This document shows, piece after piece, positions 51,001-56,968 of a DNA stretch of 64,000 bases (its first letter is position 1; every line of letters begins with the position of its first letter). Under the pieces are notes generated by a model. That model saw nothing but the letters and a program-made list of their open reading frames with translations, did no database searches and was not told the origin of the DNA. Source of the stretch: Orbicella franksi (lineage: Eukaryota). The stretch lies in the NCBI GenBank assembly GCA_964199315.1, contig OZ116704.1, forward strand, positions 26,660,001 to 26,724,000, read 5' to 3'. Made by a program: the position numbers and the translations under genes.

Positions 51001-54000
51001 GCCACACAAATTGTCATCTTTATGGTTGTTGGTTAAAATCACACCTAAACAAAACCACATGCAAAATTTGGAGCGTTTTTGACAAACTGTTCACTTTTGA
51101 CCAAAAATACCTCATGCCAATTTTTCCACCACGCAGTTAATGGAGCGTGACGCTATTTACGCACAGTCACTAGCTTACTGTTGTTAAACGTAACGCAATA
51201 GAACTGTTACGCGTTAGAACATTATAGATGTCTTTCTTGTCTAGTTTAAACAATATTCACAATAGCCTTTCACGTATGCATGTTGCAATAACGTTTGGTT
51301 TAACTATATCATGCATTTTGTATGGCTAGTCTTTTAAATAGCCCCATTCTTGTTTTGTTCAAGGCTGCATGGACTCTGTACATTTCATGGGACACGATTT
51401 TACATTGGTTTAAACCCAGACATCAGTTTACCTATAAAAGAGTCTTAGCTTGGACTTTAGCATCATTCGCTCGTTATATCACTGCAGTAACTTTTAGTTA
51501 GCCCTCGAAATTGTAACTCCCACCCTTCCCTCCCTTTGGAGGTTGATTGTTGTTGTTCATTAATATAAATCCAGCACGTGCCGGCGAAGTCGGCTCGTAG
51601 TGCTGGGGAGATAAGTAAGGTTTGAGAACTGTCTGCACTCTAGCATGATGCTGACCGGAGGTCAGCTCGTAGTGCCGTTTAGAGTTACGCTACTAGGACG
51701 CGCAAGCTTTTGGCCTCGCCGACTTGTCTGATCCAGTGCAGAATTAACCGCTGGGGAGATAAGTTTGGCATTAATTTTGGTCACACAATGAAAGTTCGTC
51801 TGTCACGCCGATTGCGGAGCGGTGTTCCCCTCTTTACGCCATAGAACGCGTGTTTATTGCTTGTGTTTGTCGGGATAATTAAAGCATTACTCCCTAGGAA
51901 CTGCAACATTAATAACTAAATAATAACAAATGTAACAAGACCAAAAGGAGAATTTGCACGTTGAACTTAACCAGGAATGAAAGGTTAACCATTATACAAA
52001 CCTCCAGTCCTTGTGCACCTTGGACACCAACTTGGCCTGGTCTTCCCTATAAGGCAAACAAACCTTAATAATCTTGATAGTGTTTGACTACAGTCCAAAG
52101 AGGTATGATCTTTAGCTACTTTGTCTTCAGTATTTTTTATTGCATTAAGGTAGTTTATTACAGTCTTGCAAGAGTAAACAAGCCCAACTTTTACACAGGC
52201 TTTCTATTTTGAGAACCAACAATACTTCTGAATGCCAATGAATTGTGTACTTCCAGAAAGTATCCATACCCATCCCAAGGAAGGTTAATAGAAATTCCAA
52301 GGGGGAGGCGGGTTTCAAAAGCCCATTTTTTTAAAGGAAAGTATGACACTAAAAAGGAATTTCTGGAGGGGTGGGGGGGTTCAAGCTACAAAACCTTCCA
52401 CGGGGTATGGATATTTTCTGGAACAACACATTGGCATTAAGAAGTAAAAACTAATATTTCAATTGCATGAGGGAAGAAATAATTGAGAAATGCTTACACT
52501 ACCCCATTTTGAAGTTGCACCTTAAAACTCTTCTCTTACCCTGTGTTTCGCGGGAAAAAAATTAAAAACCCAGCGCTCGTCAAAAATTATATTTTTTCAC
52601 CAGAAAGTTAGCTCGCAACATATACATATTTATATTCATTTGAATCGTCGATGAAATGACCTTTTCGGGATATTTTTTCTTTCGGGGTCAACAAAATCCT
52701 CCAATTACAAAATCACACAGAACCCACACGTTGCAAAAAAATCTCTTCAAAACCCTGACTTCGAAGCGATATATCACTTTAGTGTTAATAGCTACCACAC
52801 ATCAGTAGAAGGTAAATCTATTCCTTAACAATCCAGCTTTATCGTGTTGAAATTTCAGCGAAATCGAACAAAACCAGAATTAATTAGCATTTTTTTGCGA
52901 CCTCACTTCCCAGACTTGACCTAACAAAGGATGCTACGGTCGCCCATAGCAACCGAAAAACACAGACATAACAAAGCCGACATTTTGGCCAAAAAACTCC
53001 AGAATTATCGCCTGAGAGCTTAAACTTGAATGGGAACATCTTTTTCGAACTTTTTTCAACTGATTTAGATGGAAGAATGGCCTCGGCAGGCTACAAAAAA
53101 GACCAAGAGAAAAAACAGAACAGGAGAGCATAACAAGCCAATAACATTTCACCACGTGGCTTTCGGCACGAAAATGAAAATACAGCTTACTTCTGGATAA
53201 ATTCAGCCTTAGAAGCCAGCAACTGGTCCCAAATTACTTTCTGTATCCTTACAAATGTCCTGACTTCCATCTCCGAAAGATTTTGCCCCAATTTTGAGCA
53301 AATAAACATTTCACCAACAGTGACCACCATTACATTGGCTTGCATACTAAATTAGCTAACTTGACAAAACTCTCCCGAGGGGGGGTATGACGAAAAGAGC
53401 TGAAAAATGGCCTGTTATTGGCTAATGATGAGATCATCCCACTGTCCAAATTTGGTGAGAATCGAAAGTAACGCCAATTTTCTGTCACGTTTTCAATCTA
53501 TGGTCCCTGGAGTGACCAAAATCGATACTATGGCCTGAATTGAGAAATGCTTACACTACCCAATTTTGAAGTTGCATCTTAAAAATGTATTTTGTTCAAC
53601 TGAACGTCATTCAACCTCGTCCTCTGGGTCTCATATTATAGAGTACCAAAAAACTCCAGTTTCTTACATGTCTTTTATCAGTAGAATCAGGTTCCATTCT
53701 CCTTAATTCCAATGCATTATGACACGTTCCTTTCAATTATCACATATAGTTATCCAAATGTTTCTGGTACTTTGTCAAACAACTACTATGACATCTCAAA
53801 GTATCAAATAACAGACAAAATTACATACATCATTTCATTCATCTGTACCATTCATCAGTTTGCTCAGCAAGCACTTTGATTGAAATAGGTATTTTGATTG
53901 AAATGTTTCATTCATCTGTATCATTCATGAGTTTGCTCAGAGAGCACTTTGATTGAAATAGGCATGGCAAAATGTCACTTGGTGCATTCATGAAGTGTAA

Positions 54001-56968
54001 CACAATCCTAATCCAGTCTGTATCAAGAGTTTTTTGGGACAACCGTACATGAATACTGATTTGGCCTCCCCACAGCAGGTGCAATTACATCATACATGCA
54101 TGTATACAGTCACCACATAGACTCAAGGACAATTTAGATGATTTCTGCAAACCTGCAGTTTAGTGCTGTGATTTTCGACAACAGGTAACTGAAGCTGCGT
54201 CATCAGGAATGAATATTTTGTAGCCCAGTGATTGCAAATGTCCAGGAATTGTGGTCAGAAAACAAATTTTGCAGGTTGTGTAGCTTGGCAAATGGCCATG
54301 ATTTGTTCTCATAAAACAAACAGCTGTGTTGCTCACCAAGCTGTAACTTGTGAATAGGACTAATATAACCTTTTTCAATAGAACAGTTTCAAATTCTCAT
54401 GGCAAGGGTGGGGTGGGGGGGGGGGGGTCCAAAGGCAAGGGGGATATGAAGATGCTTCCTTTGGAAGGGTATGGATATTTCTGAAACCATTTTCAGTGGA
54501 GAGGCGCTGATTTCTTCAAATCCTTACCCTAATTCATTCAAACTTTTAAAAATAAGTACATGCCTCTAATACATGACCTCAACTAGCCAGTGATGGCTTC
54601 CATATGTGTAAACATTTCAGTAAGGTTTTAAATTGCCAGATTTTAAGGGAAAAATAATTTAATTTTAACAACACAAGCAATTTCAGGTCAAAGTGCAAAA
54701 CAAACATGTACCCTATTTAAGTCTGAAGTGATGAAAATCAATATTAATGAAGGAGTAATGTCCCTTTGGGTATACATAGTAGACACTCCATTATGTCCCT
54801 GTAGTGATGTTGTAACTTACCCGTGAACCTTTCTGTCCAGGTTTACAGTTGCATTCCTCATCATTTTGATCCTAAAAAAAGAAACAAAAAAATGTTATCT
54901 AGAAATACAAGCATAAATAGGCTAAATAATGGTAAGAAATGTGAGCCTGGCATGCATGTGGATGAGCTACAAAGACTAAGGAATTAACAATTTTTATTTA
55001 GACATCTTTCTTGGTAAATCCCAGCAAAGTTGATAAAATGGGTATCCAGTCACCTCGCCACCAGGGAATTTTACCACCAACGAACTTGCCACCACCTCGC
55101 CACCAAACACAAACAAAAAGATAAACTAGTCGAGTAAAATAGTCGAGGTGAATTAGCTGGTGAATCGGTTTGCGGCACTCTAATTTGTTTCTTTCTTGTT
55201 ATGACTTTTGCATCATTGAAATGGGCAGCGCATTGCCTTCCTAGCTTTGTTTTCAAGTCACATATTGCATATATAGATTATTCCTTGTTCTTTTATCCAC
55301 TGCCTTATTAGACTATTGGTGGCAAGGGAACTTCACTTGGTAGCAAGTTCGTTGGTGGCGAGACTTCCTGGTGGCAAGATGACCAGTAACCGTAAAATGT
55401 GCAGATACATCGAGATTAAATGATTAGGAAAAAATTGTGAATTACTTATTGCTTGATTTATGGTCCATCTGCACTGCTCATCTCAATTTGACCTGCAAAT
55501 TCTATATATAATGCTATCCAGTGGATAAATCGCTATCAAGTGGGTAGTAATGGTCAAGCAAAGTTTGCTATTCACTGGATAACGATTTTTTTTTATTGCG
55601 ACATTGCGGTATTTGCCAAATTTTTTTGCAGTATTGCAGTGTTCAGAACCCCCAATGTTCCTCTCTATATGTCTATTCACCTAGTAGCATTTATAGCTTC
55701 TTCTCAAAGGATATCAACTTTTTTTTAGTCTTTTAATTTTAACTGAGAATATGCTGGAGGAAATGGTGGTCTGGATGTGAAGCCTTGGATGAGATTTCAG
55801 TTGGAAAACACATCATTTCAAAGGTGTAATAGCGTAGATGTGTCAAAAAAAATTAATGGTGTAGATGGAGCCTCAATTTCAATTCCCACTGGTGTAGGCA
55901 TTCTCCTTAACAACATTGGCTCTGTCAGCAAGGTTTTAATGAAACCGCAACATAGAATGATTTGATTGAAAATAACATCGCTTCACATCTCCATTTTTTA
56001 AGATTTCCGGAGGTACACACATGTACACGTTGTGCAGAATTGGTGGCTATATATGCCCCTGTGCTGTTTGCCCCGTTTTCAAAATGGCTGTTTTCACTGT
56101 GAAAAGCTTCAAATATTTTTTTGACGATGTATGAACTTTAACCACAACCATCAAGGAATAAAGAAAGTTCCTTGCCTACCACAGTGCTTTTTCTCTAAAA
56201 TTCTTTGGTATATGCTCTAGACATTTCCTCGCACAAAACAAATAGGGTCAATTAATTACTTCTTTCTTTTTTGTAGAAAGGTGGTGAAGGGTATATTGAT
56301 GATTTTTATCGTGAAACGACTAGGTTTTTATACGCGAATAGTGATTTTGTGCGTAGCCGTGAACCGTGTTTTTTTTACTACGCAATAAATGATCTCCGCC
56401 TTGACAACCAACGCAGCAAGTTAAGCAAACATTCAACGGTCATCGTTGTAACCATTCTCACTTAGAATTTTATTTATTTATGTTAAAACTGGAGAATGTG
56501 CCCCGAATTCAAAGTAGATTATCTCCAAATTCCGTTCACGCGACTGTTTCACCAGACTACATATCAGAGATCCATGAACCAAATATTTGTATCACTTAAA
56601 AAAAAAACTCACTCAATAGTGTAAAAAGAACGCTTTCTTCTCGAATCAACGACCTAGCTAAGTGTTCGCGTTCACCACGCGCGCGGGCACGCGAGTGACT
56701 GTAAGTTTCCCTACAGCAGTAGAAACATTGTAGCCTCCAAAACTAATGGCAAAACTAATGGCAAAACTAATGGTAACAAAACCTGCGTAAAAGCAAACTT
56801 TACCTGTGAATTTGCTATTTTGCACACAAGGAAAAGTAGGACGAAGAGAGAGGCCGCCCTGTGGATGAAACGTGAATAATAAGTGAGACAATCTTTTCGT
56901 AAACCGGGTAAGGCGAAACTCAAACGGGTGGGAATATTAACGATCTCGCAAACCTACCTTAACCTCAT
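379..56968 (-). CDS. COL4A: Type IV collagen alpha chain-like protein with an internal vWA domain (35 exons in window, 3'-partial; NC1 not in window)
   Basis: All exons have AG acceptors and GT donors (one GC donor) and join in frame. N-terminus: [46 protein letters not shown]...[34 protein letters not shown]. This is triplet-for-triplet collinear with the collagen IV 7S domain as I recall it for vertebrate alpha2(IV). Many short interruptions. The alpha1/alpha2 type cannot be assigned without NC1. Confidence 0.85.
841..1443. mobile_element. MITE, Tc1/pogo-like
   Basis: TIR CCGTAGAATTCCGAAAGTAACG at both ends, TA flanks, subterminal TACTTTCGGG repeats. Confidence 0.85.
2200..2316 (-). CDS. 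collagen exon 34
   Basis: (G)[38 protein letters not shown](G); phase 1-1; absent from the ORF track. Confidence 0.9.
2408..2977. mobile_element. foldback/palindromic non-autonomous element with nested inner palindrome
   Basis: Imperfect inverted arms of about 190 bp (CTATCACAAATGCCG...CGGCATTAGTGATAG); inner GATAGTTGAC...GTCAACTATC hairpin. Confidence 0.75.
3009..3054. repeat. (TG)n microsatellite
   Basis: About 23 TG units after a poly-T run. Confidence 0.95.
3366..3569 (-). CDS. collagen exon 33
   Basis: (G)[14 protein letters not shown]...GANGDP(G); phase 1-1. Confidence 0.92.
5446..5634 (-). CDS. collagen exon 32 (first helical exon after the vWA)
   Basis: (G)[12 protein letters not shown]...GDEGPP(G); phase 1-1. 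Confidence 0.92.
6341..6584 (-). CDS. collagen exon 31, vWA C-terminal half
   Basis: [11 protein letters not shown]...[10 protein letters not shown]...TVEKSCR(G); phase 0-1; donor GTATGT. Confidence 0.88.
7607..8215. mobile_element. foldback/palindromic MITE
   Basis: Imperfect inverted arms of about 290 bp centred near 7893 (TGTACAAAGGGTTCAGAGCCACCTT / AAGGTGGCTCTGAACCCTTTGTACA). Confidence 0.8.
8655..8986 (-). CDS. collagen exon 30, vWA N-terminal half
   Basis: [18 protein letters not shown] (DxSxS)...HVGLIEYS...[10 protein letters not shown]...GGMRQNSRK; phase 1-0. Confidence 0.88.
9078..9537. repeat. unclassified interspersed repeat with internal inverted motifs
   Basis: CCGTACTGTAAGTTACGGA is inverted against TCCGTAACTTACAGTACG; a related motif recurs near 9470; boundaries approximate. 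Confidence 0.4.
9941..10110. mobile_element. 170-bp MITE, pogo/Tigger-like
   Basis: TA|CAGTGGAACC...GGTTCCACTG|TA; related partial copy at about 27151-27280. Confidence 0.85.
10263..10415 (-). CDS. collagen exon 29 (last exon before the vWA)
   Basis: (G)EKGEPG...GEKGQTGVI(L); the donor T|GTGAGT gives the phase 1 required by exon 30. Confidence 0.82.
10995..11216 (-). CDS. collagen exon 28
   Basis: (G)IKGEPG...GVPTK(G); phase 1-1. Confidence 0.92.
11942..12118 (-). CDS. collagen exon 27
   Basis: (G)IKGRNGSRG...GLKGRK(G); phase 1-1. Confidence 0.92.
12708..13140. mobile_element. foldback MITE (almost wholly palindromic)
   Basis: TIR AATAGGCCCTTTGCAGCT...AGCTGCAAAGGGCCTATT; interior also inverted, apex near 12918. 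Confidence 0.85.
14224..14388 (-). CDS. collagen exon 26
   Basis: (G)[11 protein letters not shown]...GPAGPK(G); phase 1-1. Confidence 0.92.
15087..15282 (-). CDS. collagen exon 25
   Basis: GEDGSPG...[18 protein letters not shown]...GNL(G); phase 0-1. Confidence 0.92.
16527..17291 (-). mobile_element. diverged solo A-spacer-B unit of a Ngaro-related element
   Basis: Collinear with 42408-43194 (ATCTCCCCAGCACTAC, GCTGGATCAGACAAGAGTAT, CTCCAAAGG(A/G)AGGGAGG, CCATTAACTATATTTTACTG.CGTGACAGTAAAAT); no ORFs. Confidence 0.85.
17845..18060 (-). CDS. collagen exon 24
   Basis: GAKGFPG...[16 protein letters not shown]...GPP; phase 0-0. Confidence 0.92.
19353..19648 (-). CDS. collagen exon 23 (Cys-containing interruptions)
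   Basis: (A)[17 protein letters not shown]...[15 protein letters not shown]...GPP; phase 1-0. Confidence 0.92.
19805..20090 (+). repeat. interspersed repeat family, copy 1
   Basis: Matches 62150-62440 (GTTTCATCGGGATATCCAAACAC...ATCGTCAAAATCTATGCTAATTAAGA); internal hairpin. Confidence 0.75.
21310..21450 (-). mobile_element. highly degenerate Ngaro B-repeat fragment
   Basis: CTTATCTCCCCAGCACT, GCTGGATCAGACA and AGCTTGGGGG occur in the same order as in the B repeat. Confidence 0.55.
21778..21954 (-). CDS. collagen exon 22
   Basis: (G)FPGMEGQEG...GAQGPK(A); phase 1-1. Confidence 0.92.
22913..23102 (-). CDS. collagen exon 21
   Basis: GGLPGKKG...GPPGTQ(G); phase 0-1. Confidence 0.9.
23135..24832. 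mobile_element. non-autonomous TIR element, Kolobok-like, with a nested insert
   Basis: TTAA|AGGAGAAGGTCAC(T/C)CCA inverted at both ends, TTAA flanks, inverted subterminal blocks; a second TIR element at about 23214-24331 lies inside. Confidence 0.7.
25159..25215 (-). CDS. collagen exon 20
   Basis: [19 protein letters not shown]; phase 0-0; donor GTATGT. Confidence 0.88.
26180..26643. mobile_element. MITE, pogo-like
   Basis: TA flanks; imperfect TIR CCTTAAATCCTCAAATTAGCACCC / CCATTAATCCTCGAATTAGTGCCC; TAAGCGCCCC subterminal repeats. Confidence 0.75.
26694..26747 (-). CDS. collagen exon 19 (GC donor)
   Basis: [18 protein letters not shown]; 54 bp; donor CAG|GCAAGT. Confidence 0.88.
28239..28349 (-). 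CDS. collagen exon 18
   Basis: [20 protein letters not shown]...GEKGPV; phase 0-0. Confidence 0.9.
28392..28620. mobile_element. MITE, PIF/Harbinger-like
   Basis: GGGGCCTGTTTCTCAAA...TTTCTGAGAAAGGGGCCCC termini. Confidence 0.65.
29143..29175 (-). CDS. collagen exon 17
   Basis: [11 protein letters not shown]; poly-T acceptor, donor GTAAGT. Confidence 0.85.
29560..30313. repeat. (AGAGT)n/(AGCAC)n pentamer satellite around an assembly gap (N 29591-30212)
   Basis: Seen directly. Confidence 0.9.
30570..30632 (-). CDS. collagen exon 16
   Basis: [21 protein letters not shown]; 63 bp; phase 0-0. Confidence 0.85.
31394..31447 (-). CDS. collagen exon 15
   Basis: [18 protein letters not shown]; 54 bp; donor GTAGGT. 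Confidence 0.82.
31645..31950. repeat. degenerate minisatellite (unit about 45 bp)
   Basis: Recurrent TAGAGCCATAGAGTTCATTATCTAGAAATGTGTGAT-like units. Confidence 0.7.
32596..32631 (-). CDS. collagen exon 14
   Basis: [12 protein letters not shown]; 36 bp. Confidence 0.88.
33253..33279 (-). CDS. collagen exon 13
   Basis: GNPGPMGDR; 27 bp; TTTTGTAG acceptor, GTAAG donor. Confidence 0.85.
33331..33585. repeat. 63-bp minisatellite, about 4 copies
   Basis: Unit TCACATCCTGCAAAGAGTGCAGTATAATGATGTAAGGATGTATGTGTATAGGGATGTGCATTG. Confidence 0.9.
34711..34746 (-). CDS. collagen exon 12
   Basis: [12 protein letters not shown]; 36 bp. Confidence 0.88.
35091..35126 (-). CDS. collagen exon 11
   Basis: [12 protein letters not shown]; 36 bp. 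Confidence 0.88.
36211..36255 (-). CDS. collagen exon 10
   Basis: [15 protein letters not shown]; 45 bp; first helix interruption. Confidence 0.82.
36490..36888. mobile_element. MITE, PIF/Harbinger-like
   Basis: TIR AAGCCCTGGCCAAACAGA / AAGCACTGGCCAAACAGA; CGCAAGT/ACTTGCG subterminal repeats. Confidence 0.7.
37585..37665 (-). CDS. collagen exon 9
   Basis: [27 protein letters not shown]; 81 bp. Confidence 0.9.
38650..38712 (-). CDS. collagen exon 8 (7S cysteines)
   Basis: [21 protein letters not shown]; 63 bp. Confidence 0.9.
38861..40533. mobile_element. degenerate IS630/Tc1/mariner-like transposon with two convergent ORF relics
   Basis: TA flanks; TIR of about 26 bp (C/T)AGTGAGGACACT(C/T)GAA(C/T)CATGAA. 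Minus-strand HTH transposase relic ([18 protein letters not shown]...[24 protein letters not shown]). Plus-strand second ORF relic. Confidence 0.75.
38985..39620 (+). pseudogene. transposon ORF2 relic (SAM-like N-terminus, zinc-knuckle-like C-terminus)
   Basis: [17 protein letters not shown]...; in-frame stop at 39285-39287, then continues to [12 protein letters not shown]...CKLKDKHPE. Confidence 0.5.
40739..40783 (-). CDS. collagen exon 7
   Basis: [15 protein letters not shown]; 45 bp. Confidence 0.9.
42105..42383 (+). mobile_element. tRNA-derived SINE with Nin/Deu-like core
   Basis: A-box TGGCTGAGTGG; anticodon-like stem CCGGA-CTTGAAA-TCCGG; damaged B-box; core CTTGTAAATAGCCAACTGGTCTGCCTCCCACCAGTTGGGA; (AAC)n tail. 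Confidence 0.75.
42408..42711 (-). repeat. Ngaro split direct repeat B2 (304 bp)
   Basis: Matches 43192-43495. Confidence 0.9.
42790..43194 (-). repeat. Ngaro split direct repeat A2 (405 bp)
   Basis: Matches 47425-47829. Confidence 0.9.
43192..43495 (-). repeat. Ngaro split direct repeat B1 (304 bp)
   Basis: Matches 42408-42711; overlaps A2 by TTT. Confidence 0.9.
43557..44573 (-). CDS. tyrosine recombinase (YR) of the retrotransposon
   Basis: FLRCSE (R), SKTD (K), GHSFRIG (HxxR), [12 protein letters not shown] (W,Y); frame overlaps the pol 3' end; true start codon uncertain. Confidence 0.92.
   Translation of the reverse strand: MYHPAFTNDPLREEVLTYATWGLAKNTNRAYSCGEKRFLEFCLMNRLLGPDGDVLPASEGTLVYFASYLARTVRHSTIKLYLAAVRNLHITAGFNDPLKGKLLLQKVLRGILRYQGDQRIRRQPVTPRVLLAICPVLRSWLSPRDFSMIWAAFNLAFFAFLRCSEFTYAGVRQFNQHFDLCTDCIAFHPNLASPQRMTVHLKSSKTDISRQGQFLTIAGTSSPLCAVAAMQKYFLLARPKQGPLFYFQSGRYLTRGVVSNLLKDSSRVAGLPYQCLKGHSFRIGAASVAAAAGLPDWLIKVLGRWSSDCYQLYIRTPQSTLESVAPRMANVSGDFSPI
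44540..46375 (-). CDS. reverse transcriptase / RNase H
   Basis: [23 protein letters not shown]; RNase H LYTDA...WQEL...WCDN...NEIADALSR; no methyltransferase extension. Confidence 0.93.
   Translation of the reverse strand: MSVLLLNSTENRVVPKPCASTSTSPPVAGAATAATRTCVAAATPVTTSPQTAPGNSPAPLARPRSPASVARSKVEQQRSQQKPLVSSPIVISRLELELTNHPDRNFVFNLLSTLKEGARIGYSGPRSDRVSPNLISAVQHPDVVSLNLQKEVALGRVAGPYHSPPLPKFQCHPVGVVPKKHSTDWRTIYHLSYPQGDSINDYIPKDPYSLSYVRVDDAIHILQSLGRGAFMAKTDLKSAFRLIPIHPEDWSLLGIHWQSQYYVDMYLPFGLRSAPFLFNQLSDGLEWILKSNYGLQHVIHILDDFFIAERSKLACLSSFSTLLRVFMSLKAPVVASKTIGPSQEIEFMGIVLDSIRMEARLPQDKLSRINELLNSFKIRRSVRLVELQSLIGTLQFACKVVVPGRTFLQRAINLTRGVPSRFHHIRLNKEFFKDLEMWKVFLLNWNGRSFFLESSHTPVQNLELYTDAAGSIGFGGYFQGRWFQGRWPPHMLLNQKRGISIEWQELFPIVVACAMWHPSLAGKRLQFWCDNISVVSIINSGHSKVPRIMDLVRRLVLLSMQHNFVVRARHVPGVSNEIADALSRFQMQRFRALAPDADQSPCIIPPSLMTL
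46158..47417 (-). CDS. gag-like ORF1 (SAP-like N-terminus, C-terminal Cys/His fingers)
   Basis: ATG just inside the A1 boundary (MAHRSRR); [32 protein letters not shown]; [14 protein letters not shown] and [34 protein letters not shown]. Confidence 0.88.
   Translation of the reverse strand: MAHRSRRALNTNPGEDLSKLSSEVLKLRLQALNLPITGSKGHLLSRLKRATQGNAAAPRRKPQKRLSQPKARRGRSAKRTAIESQPSDEAVNLLRRRNVPSSLEHEQEDSALSDRASLSSIEEMLESDPEPDIPIVPSSQQDTGFSPVQRSAIEAIVTQSVHSAFSAFRTPPATTPSPFTPGMASPLGLSRPVDKSLEDKILRGEYIDFALLLPDNQYQSQTPEIQLRLDDPSPGPMGSPVTMVRRKKPVVDTFQKWLDAFMVYMIVLVTAYPRRALELIKYQQIISRAVAKFKGLAWLSYDQQFRRRAAYDLSLSWDKVDLELWTVTFAGLAKPHCNVCSSPYHAEDVCPSAELNRKPRRSQTVCFDFNKSSGCRRRDCSYPHVCRRCYSSDHIAPDCTRQQSSPTSKTTKPSERSKK
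47425..47829 (-). repeat. Ngaro split direct repeat A1 (405 bp)
   Basis: Matches 42790-43194. Confidence 0.9.
48500..48544 (-). CDS. collagen exon 6
   Basis: [15 protein letters not shown]; 45 bp. Confidence 0.9.
48666..49679 (-). mobile_element. AcademH-like deletion derivative carrying a RecQ-like helicase relic
   Basis: TAG...CTA termini; TIR TAGACTACGAGTAGTCCCTC / TAGAACATGAGTAGTCACTC; degenerate 9-bp flanks CTTCTCATA / CTTTTTGTA; relic [27 protein letters not shown] (Walker A) and VISLLN (motif Ia-like) at about 49150-49490. Confidence 0.7.
50132..50176 (-). CDS. collagen exon 5
   Basis: [15 protein letters not shown]; 45 bp. Confidence 0.9.
51113..51912 (+). mobile_element. diverged solo A-spacer-B unit of a Ngaro-related element, opposite orientation
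   Basis: AGTTAATGGAGCGTGACGCT, CCCTTCCCTCCCTTTGGAG, CTCGTAGTGCTGGGGAGATAAGT and CTTGTCTGATCCAG match the reverse complement of the A, spacer and B motifs. Confidence 0.75.
52002..52046 (-). CDS. collagen exon 4
   Basis: [15 protein letters not shown]; 45 bp. Confidence 0.9.
52237..52432. mobile_element. short MITE
   Basis: TGTGTACTTCCAGAAA...TTTTCTGGAACAACACA termini; related partial copies at about 40941-41100 and 54400-54490. Confidence 0.65.
52481..53584. repeat. 47-bp direct repeats flanking an unclassified insert of about 1 kb
   Basis: 52481-52527 and 53538-53584 differ at 2 positions. Confidence 0.85.
54821..54871 (-). CDS. collagen exon 3
   Basis: [17 protein letters not shown]; poly-T acceptor, donor GTAAGT. 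Confidence 0.9.
55045..55388. mobile_element. MITE with (TCGCCACC)-type subterminal repeats
   Basis: CAGTCACCTCGCCACCAGG is inverted against CCTGGTGGCAAGATGACCAG. Confidence 0.6.
56804..56858 (-). CDS. collagen exon 2 (signal peptide core)
   Basis: (R)[18 protein letters not shown]; acceptor CATCCACAG, donor GTAAAG; phase 2-0. Confidence 0.85.
56958..56968 (-). CDS. collagen exon 1 coding part (start codon)
   Basis: ATG AGG TTA AG|GTAGGT; 99-bp intron to exon 2 gives MRLR... Confidence 0.78.
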
